A stretch of 64,000 bases of DNA from Octopus bimaculoides (lineage: Eukaryota): positions 14,997,559 through 15,061,558 of the forward strand of contig NC_069002.1 of NCBI RefSeq assembly GCF_001194135.2, read 5' to 3'. This document shows, piece by piece, positions 13,901 to 26,758 of the stretch (the stretch's first letter is position 1; each line of letters starts with the position of its first letter). The position numbers and the translations under genes are program-made. The notes under the pieces were generated by a model, which saw only the letters and a program-made list of their open reading frames with translations, did not search any database and was not told the origin of the DNA.

Positions 13901-16900
13901 AAATATTATTAAGAAACCAAAAGACATAATTCAAAACTCTGTGAAAAATAAAGCAGTGTGGTACTAGAGGTTAAGAGAGTGGGATTAACAGTGAGGGGAT
14001 AAGAGAATGGGATTAACAGTGAGGGGCGAAGAGAATGGGATTAACAGTGAGAAGTTAAGAGAGTGGGATTAACAGTGAGGGGCTAAGAGAATGGGATTAA
14101 CAGTGAGGGGCTAAGAGAGTGGGATTAACAGTGAGAGGATAAGAGAATGGGATTAACAGTGAGGNNNNNNNNNNCAGTGAAAGATTAAGAGAGTGGGATT
14201 AATAGTGAGGGGATAAGAGAATGGGATTAACAGTGAGAGGTTAAGAGAGTGGGATTAACAGTGAGAGGATAAGAGAATGGGATTAACAGTGAGGGGATAA
14301 GAGAATGGGATTAACAGTGAGAGGTTAAAAGAGTGAGATTAACAGTGAGGGGCTAGGAGAGTGGGATTAACAGTTAGAGGTTAAGAGAGTGGGAGTAATA
14401 GTGAGAGGCTAAGAGAATGGGATTAACAGTGANNNNNNNNNNGAGTGAGATTAACAGTGAGGGGCTAGGAGAGTGGGATTAACAGTTAGAGGTTAAGAGA
14501 GTGGGAGTAATAGTGAGAGGCTAAGAGAATGGGATTAACAGTGAAAGGTTAAGAGAGTGGGATTAACAGTGAGGGGATAAGAGAATGGGAATAACAATGA
14601 GAGGTTAAGACAGTGGGATTAACAGTGAGGGGATAAGAGAATGGGATAACAGTCAGAAGTTAAGAGTGGGATTAACAGCAAGAGGTTAAGAGAGTAACTA
14701 CATTAGTTTTGCTGAAGTTTAAATAGTGGGCAAAAGCACATCATCATCCTCCTCATCATCATCATAGTTGTTGTTTTTATGTTCACCTTTTCATGTTGGC
14801 ATGGGTTAGAGGAGATGTGTTGAAGCAGTATTCTTGATGCCTTGCCTTCATGTTTTCAAGAAGGGTTCTTTGTTCCAAATGGGAATTTGTACATTGAACC
14901 ACTGAGTGGGATGTTTAATTTTATGGAGGACACAAATGAATGTCACTGCACTGTTAATGTGGACATAGAACAATTAATGTGGACATGCATGCTGACATGG
15001 AGAGAGACGGAGATGGTGAAATTGGTAACGGAGGAGAAAGAAACTCGAGAGGCTAGAGTAGAAGAAGGAGGAAGTTGCATGTTGGGAGTGGAAGGAGATA
15101 AAGTAGAAAGAGAAAGAAGTGATAGAGTAGAAAGAGAAAGAAGTGATAGAGTAGAAAGAGAAAGAAATGATAGAGTAGAAAGAGAGAGAGGTAAATAGGT
15201 AAGTAGATACATACCTACATACATACATACACAAATATATATACATATATGATTATATGCAAACACATACACACATATAAACCATCATCCATCATCATCG
15301 TTTAACATCCACCTTCCATGCTGGTATAGACCCCAATCAGTCAGGAATGAGTATGGGGTTGCACCTAGAAAGTTCCATCTAAGGTACAAGTCCGATCAGG
15401 TTGTTTATGAAAGACCAGTAGTCGCCCATGCATACTGGTCTCCCCTCTCCATGCCAACAGTGTTATCCAAGAGAAAAGTAAAGGTTGATATTGCTTGGCA
15501 CCAGTGACATCATAACTCATTTCTACAGCTGGGTGAACTGGAGCAATGTGAAATAAAGTGTCTTGCTCAAGAAAACAACAATGAGCCCAGTCCAGGAATT
15601 GAACTCACTACCTCATGAATGTGAGCCTGATTCTCTATCAACTAAGCCATGCACAACACATAAGTACAGACATGCAAACATATATACGTACCTAAGAAAG
15701 AAACACAGAAAAAAGAGGGATATGATGTAGTGGTGGTGTATAAATAAGATATTATTTTACTTACAGGACTGGTATAATTATGGCTGACTTCAAATATTTC
15801 TCTTTGATCTGCTGAAACACATTTCCCAGTGACAGTAGCCTCTTCAAGTAGCATTTCAGTAATGTCTTTTACTGTAAAGAGAGATAATGGTGTAATTTAA
15901 CTCAGAAAATATTGATACTGTACAAAACTCAGGCTTGTTCTACAATGGAGTCTTATTTCTATGTCTGGATCAATTCTACTGCTTACTGCTACAAACACAA
16001 ACATTGTAGACTGCATTCAGAAAACAGTCGTCCAACAGATTGACAGAAAGTCACTCACAGATAACTAGATTCTGGCCCACAGTTGCTCTGTGTCCTCTCT
16101 ATGCTTTTTCTGCCCCTACTTTACTAGCATCTTCTCCTCACAGCTGTCCACACTTGTGACATCTACATCTGAGCATTCCTGATTCATTTGTTTCTGCTCT
16201 TCTCCTCTCCTCCCCTCATCATGTCTTTCCCACTGGTGTTGACTTACAATGCTTTGAGGTAAATATTAGCAGCATCAATCTCACTAATCTTCGAGAATCG
16301 GAAAAACCATGAGCACTCCCTCTTCCTCCAGAACCCCCTGCCCACCAGTGAAAAATCCAAAAAACAAAACAAGTTCATAAAAACATATTAAATAATATCA
16401 GTTTCTAACAAAGAGGTGGAGGCGCAATGGCCCAGTAGTTAGGGCAGCGGACTCACGGTCGAAGGATCGCTGTTTTGATTCCCAGACCGGGCATTGTGTG
16501 TGTTTATTGAGCGAAACACCTAAGCTCCACGAGGCTCCGGCAGGGGGTGGTGGCGACCCCTGTTGTACTCTTTCGCCCCCAACTTTCTCTCACTCTTTCT
16601 TCCTGTTTCTTGAGTAACGTTGCGATGGACTGGCGTCCCGTCCAGCTGGGGTGGGGGGAATACATACGCCATAGGAACCGGGAAACCGGGCCCATTAGCC
16701 TGGTTAGGCTTTGAAAGGGCAACGTTTATCGTTTCTTTTTCTAACAAAGAAACAAATTTGGTGGAAGGTGAAATACCAACATTATTTATTGTCTGTTTTC
16801 CATACTGAAATGGATTGGACAGTTTGACAGGAACTGGTAAGGCCAAGAATTGCATCAGGCTCCATTGTCTTCTTTGGCATGGTTTCTGTAGCTGCATGCA

Positions 16901-19900
16901 TTCCCTAACACTAACCACTTTACAGAGTATGCTGGTTGCTTTTTATGTAGCACCAACACTGGTGCTTTTTACATGGCATTGACACCAGCACAGTTGCCAA
17001 GTAACCTGCAAGATGATTATCTCTCAGCTGGGGGAAGGAATGGAACCATGGAAGTGGTTGTGTGCCAGGTGAGAGGGATAGATATTGGCATCTTACTGGT
17101 TTTTAATGTATCACTAAGTTAACGGTGGTGGATGTCTGAAGATCAAAAGGTGCCATATTTCCAGCTTGCCTTGTACAAACTTTCTCTCCATGTGTAGAAG
17201 TGATTTTAGTCATGCATTCTGCGAATGGTTGTAAGGAAGTTTATCAGAATCCATGTTGAAAGCTCGTCATGAAAAATGGTAGAACTGCAGTATTTTGATG
17301 CTCTACGGACTAATCTAGTTTCTACATGGTCACTCAATTTGCTAAACTAGCCAATGAGTAAATTTTAATGGGCCTGCTAGATATGCAAGAAATGGCAGCC
17401 AAATTTCCTTTAAATCATAGCTCATCATTTTTAAAAAAGGAAGGACAATGCAGTATGGGAAACTCTATAACTGTAAAATAAAGGCATGATAGTCATGGGT
17501 GGAATTATAGCTGCTGGCATGATGATGCACTATGTCAGGGTTTCAAATTATGATTATTCTTTTGTTAGTATAGTATAAAAAACCAATTGGTACTTTGATG
17601 GTTGCAAGGAATAATTACATATCTTTAGCATTTTTTATTCAGTAACAGTGATAAGTAATGATGAAGGATTAGTAGTGATAATACGAGCAGGAAAAAGATG
17701 AAATGTAAAATTAGAGACAAGTTTGATTTACCTTTTCCTCTACCATTTTTAATTTCAACTTTTGAGCTATTCATCCTTTTGTTAATAGCATCACAGGACA
17801 TCAGACCAAACCCACGGCCACACATTGCAGGCATCTTTTGACCACAAGTGCAATAGATCTTTATGTCTGATTGTTTCTGACTTGTTTCTCCACAGAAACC
17901 ATCATATAAAGAATTGTTCTCATAGACTCTGTTAAAAATGAAATATTTCTTATTTAGTGATCGTTAACAAAACAAGGATTTACAAATGGAAGAAATGAGC
18001 ATAGATTTTTACGATTTTAGTTGATAGATTGGATGGAGCATAAATGAGTTGAAGGAGTTGCTGGGAACCAAATATAACAGGTAATGAATAAAAAAAGAAC
18101 AATAATTCCATCAGTATGCGCCACAAATGGAAAACTTGTATTTGCTGACAGTGGAAGGTTGTATGAGTAAGGAGGAGATTAATAAAAGTGGCAAAGTAAA
18201 ATGTCTGATTGTTTGGACTTCATGGACGAAATGAACAAGGATCAGCACAGGTGACAATTATAAGAGTGAAGATCTTTCCAATCCAGTTCAACCTGAAGAA
18301 AACTGATGTTAAGGCAAGGATGGTAACTGAGCAGCTGAAGAGATGTTTGTAATAAATATATGTAATTTGTTTATTTTTTGTATAATATCAGGTCGCTCTT
18401 TAGCGCTACTGGTAACATGTAACCCAGTAGAACCTATCGCATGGTCGGGTCGTCAGTGACTAAACTGGAAACAGCATCAAGCTTGCTTGGTGAGGAGGGT
18501 GATTGTTGGGCACCCTGTGGGACAAAAATAAGACCCGTCAAAGGGTGGAAGAACTAATGTGTAGTCAATGGCCAATTCAACAAGTACCTTGTTGTGGTGA
18601 AGTGCCATTGACCTAGAGTGCTATGCTGGAGGGAGAGAAATCTTCAGGCAGGTCTTACCAGGCCGAAAAGTAGGAGACAGACAAAATCTTAATGACGATA
18701 AATCAAAGCGTTGGCAGCAGGGTGTGGATTTAGTTATCGGCAGGACCTAACAGATCAAGTTCCTGGCTTTGAACTAGCAGGATGTCATGCAGAGGATCTT
18801 AAATACAAGACAATGGATGGGACCCTAATATTCCTAGTTAGATGGAAACTGCGGGGCCACATGGAGCAGCACCCTAGGTCATCCCATAGGATGCCCCTCA
18901 TAGGGGAAAAACTGAAACCTCTATGAGGGGGCATCCTATGCGGTGACCTAGATGAGATGAAATACTTTTTGTTTATTATGAAGAAAACATCAAGGTTTAT
19001 TTCATTGTTGTCATAAAAAAAAGAGTAAAGACCCTTTTTGGTCATGAATGACCATGGGATTGCACCTAGAAAGTTACCCTCCGAGGCACAAATCCAGGCA
19101 AGGTTGTTTATGAAAGACCAGCGGTCGCCCATGCATACCATTCTCCCCTCTCCACACCACTGATGTTATCCAAGGGAAAGGCAAAGATCGATACAGCTTG
19201 GCACCACTGACATCATAACTCATTTCTACAGCTGAGTGAACTGGAGTAATGTAGAATAAAGTGTGTTGCTCAAGAACGGAACACACAGCCTTATCCAAGA
19301 ATTGAACTCACCACCTCATGATCGTGAGCCCAATGCTCTAACCACTGAGACATGTGCCTTCAGTGCCCTGGGATATCGCCATTAAATTACAAACATCTTC
19401 TCATAGCAGTACCTTAAAAATCAGCAATGAGTTGCAGACAAAGGAAGAAGCAGCTACAAGATTTTCAGGAAGCAATAAGCAATAATAGGGGTTACGATTG
19501 ACTATAGATCTGTTCGATGTTGGCTGACCTGGGTTTAAACACACAATATTAAAAATATTTCTCTTACCTCCAGCTTAGCGAGAACTTATTTGGTTGAGAT
19601 TTACTGGATGTTAATGTCTGTCCATCAGACATTAACAGATCATTCTTTGTGTTATGATCAAAGGTTCCACACAAACCTATTAATATAAGAAAATTGATAT
19701 AATTAAGACAACGAAAATGAAAGTAGCAATCAATATACACTGTGTGTGTGTGTGTGTGTGTGTGTGTCCAGTTTATTTGGTTCCAACTTCTTCATAAACA
19801 GTACAAACGTATTCCACATAATAATCATGAAGCCTCTTTGAGAAAGTTCTCTGTTACATTATTTTTGTATCCAATGGCATAGGAGTGGCTGTGTGGTAAG

Positions 19901-20056
19901 TAGCTTGCTTACCAACCACATGGTTCCGGATTCAGTCCCACTGCGTGGCATCTTGGGCAAGTGTCTTCTACTATAGCCTCATGCCGACCAAAGCCTTGTG
20001 AGTGGATTTGGTAGACGGAAACTGAAAGAAGCCCGTCGTATATATGTATATGTGTA

Positions 20057-20123
<67 letters not shown>

Positions 20124-20837
20124 TTGTGTGTGTTTGTCCTCCCAACATCGCTTGACAACCGATGCTGGTGTGTTTGCATTCCAGTAACTTAGACGTTCGG
20201 CAAAAGAGACCGATAGAATAAGTACTAGGCTTCCAAAGAATAAGTCCTGGGGTCGATTTGCTCGACTAAAGGTAGTGCTCCAGCATGGACACAGCCAAAA
20301 GACTGAAGCAAGTAAAAGAGTAAAAGAGTAATGTAAAACAATAAACATTTTGTTCCAAAATAACATCAGAATGTGATGTGTTTTATAAAGGGTTCTTGAA
20401 GAAATATATAAAATGTAAATCTGAAAAAAGAATGGACAGTATATAAAATAGGGGGAAAAAAGTAAGAAAATATTCAGCTATGTCAATGACTGGCCTTTGT
20501 TTTTAAGGGTCACAAAATAGTTTAACTTTCTCAAAGATTAATCTTTAGCTACCAATAAATTCTAACCATCCATATATACGTAAATATATTTTTTGGAATG
20601 GTGGTACTTGATACAGATAAAGCTATAAGTAACAGCATGTAAATATTGGGTGAAAAAAACTTTTGGGATATAAACAGTCAAAGTCTGGTCATGGGACTTG
20701 AACCCACATTTTTTGTTAACATGACAAATGTTTTACCATTGGACCAAAGCAATCTTTTAAATTTCTCAGTTCATTTTAGAAACTTTATTGTTATCAGTGA
20801 GAAATTTTATGTTGCTGATGTGTGTGTGTGTGTGAGA

Positions 20838-20890
<53 letters not shown>

Positions 20891-23569
20891 TGTGTGTAAA
20901 AGACATAGCTAAAGATGATGAAGATATAAGGGTGAAGGGTTGGTGAGTGTGCAGGGTGGGGTGTGCAGAGTGGATAACGGGAGCAAAGAGTAAAATGAAG
21001 ATCACCGACCTTGTTTTGGAAGGGGAAAAAAAAAGAATTTTAAGAGCCAAAGCTTTTACAAGCAGTGAGACACACTGACAATCAAGAGACGGTCGGAAAA
21101 AAAACTCCCTTACTATATTTATTCATTTGACTGTAACCATGCTGGAGCACCCCCTTGAAGGGTTTTAGTCAGAGAAATCGACCCCAGGACTTATTCTGTA
21201 AGCCTAGTACTTATTATATTGATTTCACTGCCAAACCACTAAATTATGGGGACATAAACAAACCAGTATCGATTGTCAAGTGATGATGTGGGGGACAAAC
21301 ACAGCCAAGCATAAACATATATATGATGGGCTTGTTTCAGTCTCCATCTATCAAATCCACTCACAAAGCTTTTGTCAGCTCAAAGCTATATTAGAAGAAA
21401 CTTGCTCAAGGTGCCATGCAGCAAGACACTATCTCACACTCTAACCTCTGAGATGTAAACTGTCTCCTAAAACAATAATCTTATTAAGAACAAGTAATAT
21501 TAATATATTTAGAGATCAAATTATAAAGATAACATTATAAAGACAATTTTATTAATTATAATTTAACATGAGCTTTATCTAGTTTAGCATACATAGAAAT
21601 AATTGATAAGAATAAACCAGAGCTTTACCTTCAGTATTCTGGAAATCTAATGCAGAGGCCTTAAACCAGATGTTTATAAACTTAGAGAGTTTCTTACGGT
21701 TAACCAGTTGAATTGTTAGTATTCCTCCTGTTGGCAAAATTACCTGTAGGGTTAAAGTCAAGAGAATCATTTACATTATTTTCACATTTCTGTAATGAGA
21801 ACATTACTGAACCTAGCCATTTCTGTACATGCAGTGTATGAAGAGGAGTTGTTGTTTAGTTCTAGATTCACTCCGACTGAGCAGACTTATAGTCAAAAGC
21901 ATTCCAATTGCAACCATTCTTTCTCATATATTTTTTTCAAACATAATATCGCTAGATCTATACAATCCAATGCAGACTTCTTATTTTTAAAGAAGGTAGG
22001 GTGTAATTTGAGAGTTTGCATTGTGTGGGTGTATTTTTACTTATTTTTTTATGGGTTGCTCAGATAGGGATGAGCAAAGAATATGACCATTTTAAGGAGC
22101 CTCTCTGACTGATGGGAGAGAGATTGGAAGTTACCCTCACACTGGAGACTTACAAAGTGGTATTAAAAAGTTACTGGACTAGTTCTGTAGCATGCCAACG
22201 CATGGCAGTGCACAATTGGCTCCTATAAATCAATACTGATGTCTCCTTGACATGTGATTGATTGTACTTACTAGACAGACTTAGTCGGTAATGCTATTAG
22301 AGACCAATAAACCCACATTTGTTCATTAGTTTCGGTGGACTATAAGTCTTTAGCATTCCGGTTACTCTGTCAAAAGTAAAGCATATTTATTCTTTTATTC
22401 ATTAATTCTTTTACTTGTTTCAGTGGGGTTGGGCATTGCTGGTTTAAATGCTAAAGGGCTAAAGTTATGCAAACACACAGATATGAACAGGGAATAATAT
22501 ACAAATACATGTATACTGAATTAAACACACATGCATACACAAATATGAACCATGAACACACATTTATTTATCGACACATGTACAGACAAAAATACATATA
22601 TATGTGTGTGTTTCTGATACATGAATAAAGATGGAGTTAGTTTAAAAAGACAAGACAGAAGACAGCTTGTTAGTAATCTACCGTACCTGATATTTTCTTC
22701 CTTCTCCAAACTGGAGGATTTTAGTTCCTGGGTTCAATTTTCCATTTAAGTAAATCTTTCTTATAATTTTTGATTTCGTAACACCTGTTTTAGCGCTTGC
22801 CCCACAATGGTCAAACACAATGACATCATCATCGGATTTAATAGCTACACCACAGTTACAAGAAGCACGTCCATTGCAACTACGGTAGAATGTATGTATC
22901 TGAAAAATAATATATATATATATATATACGTATCATCATCATTTCATCAGTATCAATATTTTAACGTCCTCTTTTCTTTGCTGAAATGGATCAGACGAAA
23001 GTCATAGAAGCAGATTTTTTACAGTCAGAAGCTCTTCCTTTTACCAGCCCACAGCTTTTTCCAAATAAGGTAGTATTTCCCCATAACTAGATATGTTTTC
23101 ATGGAAGACTGGAAACAAATAGCACTGCTTGTATGACTTATTTATTACTATCATGATATATGTCTGTGTGTGTGAGTGTGTGTATCTTTTACTTGTTTCA
23201 GTCATTATGCTGGGGCACCATTTTGAAGAATTTTACTCCAATAAATCAACTGTAGCATTTGTTTGTTTTTAAGCAAGTTACTTATTCCATTGGCCTCCTC
23301 TACTGAACTGCTAGGTTACAGGGATGTAAACACACCGACACCAGTTATCAAGCAATGAAGAGGGACAAACACTGACACCAAACACACAGAGAAATATATA
23401 TATATGCATATATAATAGGCTTCTTTCAGTTTCAATCTACCAAATCCACTCAAGACTTTGGTTAGCTCAGAGGTATTGTAGGAGATACTTGCCCAAGGTG
23501 TCACATAGTAAGACTGAACCTGAAACAATGTGGTTAGGAAGCAAACTTCTTACCACAGAGACCTGCCTG

Positions 23570-23650
<81 letters not shown>

Positions 23651-23905
23651 NNNNNNNNNNNNNNNNNNNNNNNNNNNNNNNNNNNNNNNNNNNNNNNNNN
23701 NNNNNNNNNNNNNNNNNNNNNNNNNNNNNNNNNNNNNNNNNNNNNNNNNNNNNNNNNNNNNNNNNNNNNNNNNNNNNNNNNNNNNNNNNNNNNNNNNNNN
23801 NNNNNNNNNNNNNNNNNNNNNNNNNNNNNNNNNNNNNNNNNNNNNNNNNNNNNNNNNNNNNNNNNNNNNNNNNNNGCACTAAGATGGTAATAGACAGAAA
23901 TTGCC

Positions 23906-23949
<44 letters not shown>

Positions 23950-26727
23950 ATTAAAGCTGAAAGAATTTTACAAACTGTTACTCAGAGTTTCAATTAACTG
24001 ATCATCAGACAGCAGTGATAATACAAACTAGCAAAGCAATCTCTGGCAACAAATATTTTCATTTTCTCATTATCATTATCATAATCATCATCCTTTAATG
24101 TTTTCCAGAGAGATGCACCAAGTTCCAGTCTGATTTGTCTTAGTTTCTATGGCTAGATGCCCTTCTTAATGCCAACCATTTTACAGAGGGTACTGGGTGC
24201 TTTTAATATAGCACTATTATACTGTCTTTTTATATAGCACCATTATACAGTTTGTCTTTAGAATGCAAAATGATAGCTTTTGGAATGTGAGACCATTTTT
24301 TAATAAACCAACTTAGAAGCGCCGAGTAAGATAGTATTTTACATAATATAGAGTAAATCTTGAATGCAGAATAGCTGGGGAAACAGCTTAGAAGATTGGG
24401 TCTCTGTTTATTTTCTCTTATTCCTTTCTATTGAAGAGCATAGGCTCGAAACATAAAAGATTTTCTCACTTTTCAGAGCATCAAACTAATACACCTGCTT
24501 GTTGTTCATACACTTGTCTTCATCTTTTGTTTTACTGTAAATTTCAACTATATATATATCAACATCATCATCGTCATTTAACGTCTGCTTTCCATGCTAG
24601 CATGGGTTGGACGATTTCACTGAGGACTGGTGAAACCAGATGGCTGCACTAGGCTCCAATCTGATTTGGCAGAGTTTCTACAGCTGGATGCCCTTCCTAA
24701 CGCCAACCACTCCGAGAGTGTAGTGAGTGCTTTTACGTGACACCCGCACGAAGGCAAGTCAGGTGGTACTGGCGACGGCCACGTCCCAAATAGTGTATTT
24801 TCCGTGTCACCTGCACAGGAGCCAGTCCAGCAGCACTGGCAATGATCTCGCTCGAATGTCTTTTCACATACCAAGAAGGCGATGCTGGGCACAGGTGCCA
24901 GCACGATTTCCCTATACATACATACATATATNNNNNNNNNNNNNNNNNNNNNNNNNNNNNNNNNNNNNNNNNNNNNNNNNNNNNNNNNNNNNNNNNNNNN
25001 NNNNNNNNNNNNNNNNNNNNNNNNNNNNNNNNNNNNNNNNNNNNNNNNNNNNNNNNNNNNNNNNNNNNNNNNNNNNNNNNNNNNNNNNNNNNNNNNNNNN
25101 NNNNNNNNNNNNNNNNNNNNNNNNNNNNNNNNNNNNNNNNNNNNNNNNNNNNNNNNNNNNNNNNNNNNNNNNNNNNNNNNNNNNNNNNNNNNNNNNNNNN
25201 NNNNNNNNNNNNNNNNNNNNNNNNNNNNNNNNNNNNNNNNNNNNNNNNNNNNNNNNNNNNNNNNNNNNNNNNNNNNNNNNNNNNNNNNNNNNNNNNNNNN
25301 NNNNNNNNNNNNNNNNNNNNNNNNNNNNNNNNNNNNNNNNNNNNNNNNNNNNNNNNNNNNNNNNNNNNNNNNNNNNNNNNNNNNNNNNNNNNNNNNNNNN
25401 NNNNNNNNNNNNNNNNNNNNNNNNNNNNNNNNNNNNNNNNNNNNNNNNNNNNNNNNNNNNNNNNNNNNNNNNNNNNNNNNNNNNNNNNNNNNNNNNNNNN
25501 NNNNNNNNNNNNNNNNNNNNNNNNNNNNNNNNNNNNNNNNNNNNNNNNNNNNNNNNNNNNNNNNNNNNNNNNNNTATACATATATAATCATAAATATATA
25601 GGGATTGACAGTAACCTGCTTCTCCAACATACTGAGAATTCAGAAATAGCAGCCAAAGAACTACTGATTCCAAAACTACAAATTATTACTCTAAATTGAT
25701 AGCGATAGTTTTGATACACACAGAACAAAAAACAGTAGAGAAGAGTAAAAACCACTTGCCTTTAGTTAATTTAGTACGATCGTTTCACAGTTAAGAGCAA
25801 AGAATACTCCATTCTGATCTTCAGCTAAATATTATGTCTATATGTACCATAATACATTACATTATAACTTTATTAAAGAAAATTTTCTTCAATTATATTC
25901 CAAATGTTCATGACGAGTTAGAATGCAATTTGTTTTACAAAACCCTGACAGATTCTTTATTATTTGAAAGTTAATTAAAAGATACAAGCAGTACATTTCA
26001 TTTGATATTAAAAAAATGTTAATTAGAAATACTGTATAATTACCTCATATGGTAAGGTTTTATGCCTGTACATGACAAATTCACCCTCAAAGAAGTTATT
26101 GTAACGCCTGATAAATGGTAAAAAAAAAAAGAGATAAGAAAGAAAATTAGCACCTTATATAATGTCTAAATGTATTTTCATTTTCAAACATGAGAATAAA
26201 GTACTCAATGTATATAGCAGAGCATATTTATCTATTATATATTTTAGAAGTTTTGTTTTTCTTTCAGCTGACTCTTTTTGTGTAGCCTTTGTTCATCTAC
26301 TGATGCCACTTTCTAAGTTTTCTCTTCCCATATACATATTTACACACACATGCACACACTCTATCATGACAATTTCTGTTTGTTTAAAAATTACCTATTT
26401 TTTGAAATACCAGGAAATGTCTTACCTTCCATCAAATGTTGTCACGTGAGGATCGTTAATGGAACGACACAATGCTAATGAATCATTGTCTTCAATATTG
26501 ACCTGAAAAAGAAGTGAGAGAAAATGTTAACTGGTTAAACATGCTTCAAATTTTATATCTGTTTACTGGTTTCACCCATTTTACTTGTAGCCCTGCTGTT
26601 GTGGTACAGCATTCTTGGGGTTTTGTGGAGTATACCAGTCCCAAGTACTTTGTTTAGTACATATTTTGAAGAAGAAGGAGGAGGAGGAGGAGAAGATGAA
26701 GGAGGATAAGAAGGAAAAGAAGGAGGA

Positions 26728-26758
<31 letters not shown>

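Noticed and set aside
14331-14545. ~100-bp exact duplication within the minisatellite
   Set aside because: It also straddles a short N-gap, so it is an assembly artefact; true unit number is uncertain.
13967-14697. CRISPR-like regular repeat
   Set aside because: No unique spacers and a eukaryotic context; it is a minisatellite.
23467-25699. Long ORFs (up to 337 aa) in the track
   Set aside because: They consist mostly of X from N-gaps plus (TA)n and SINE sequence.
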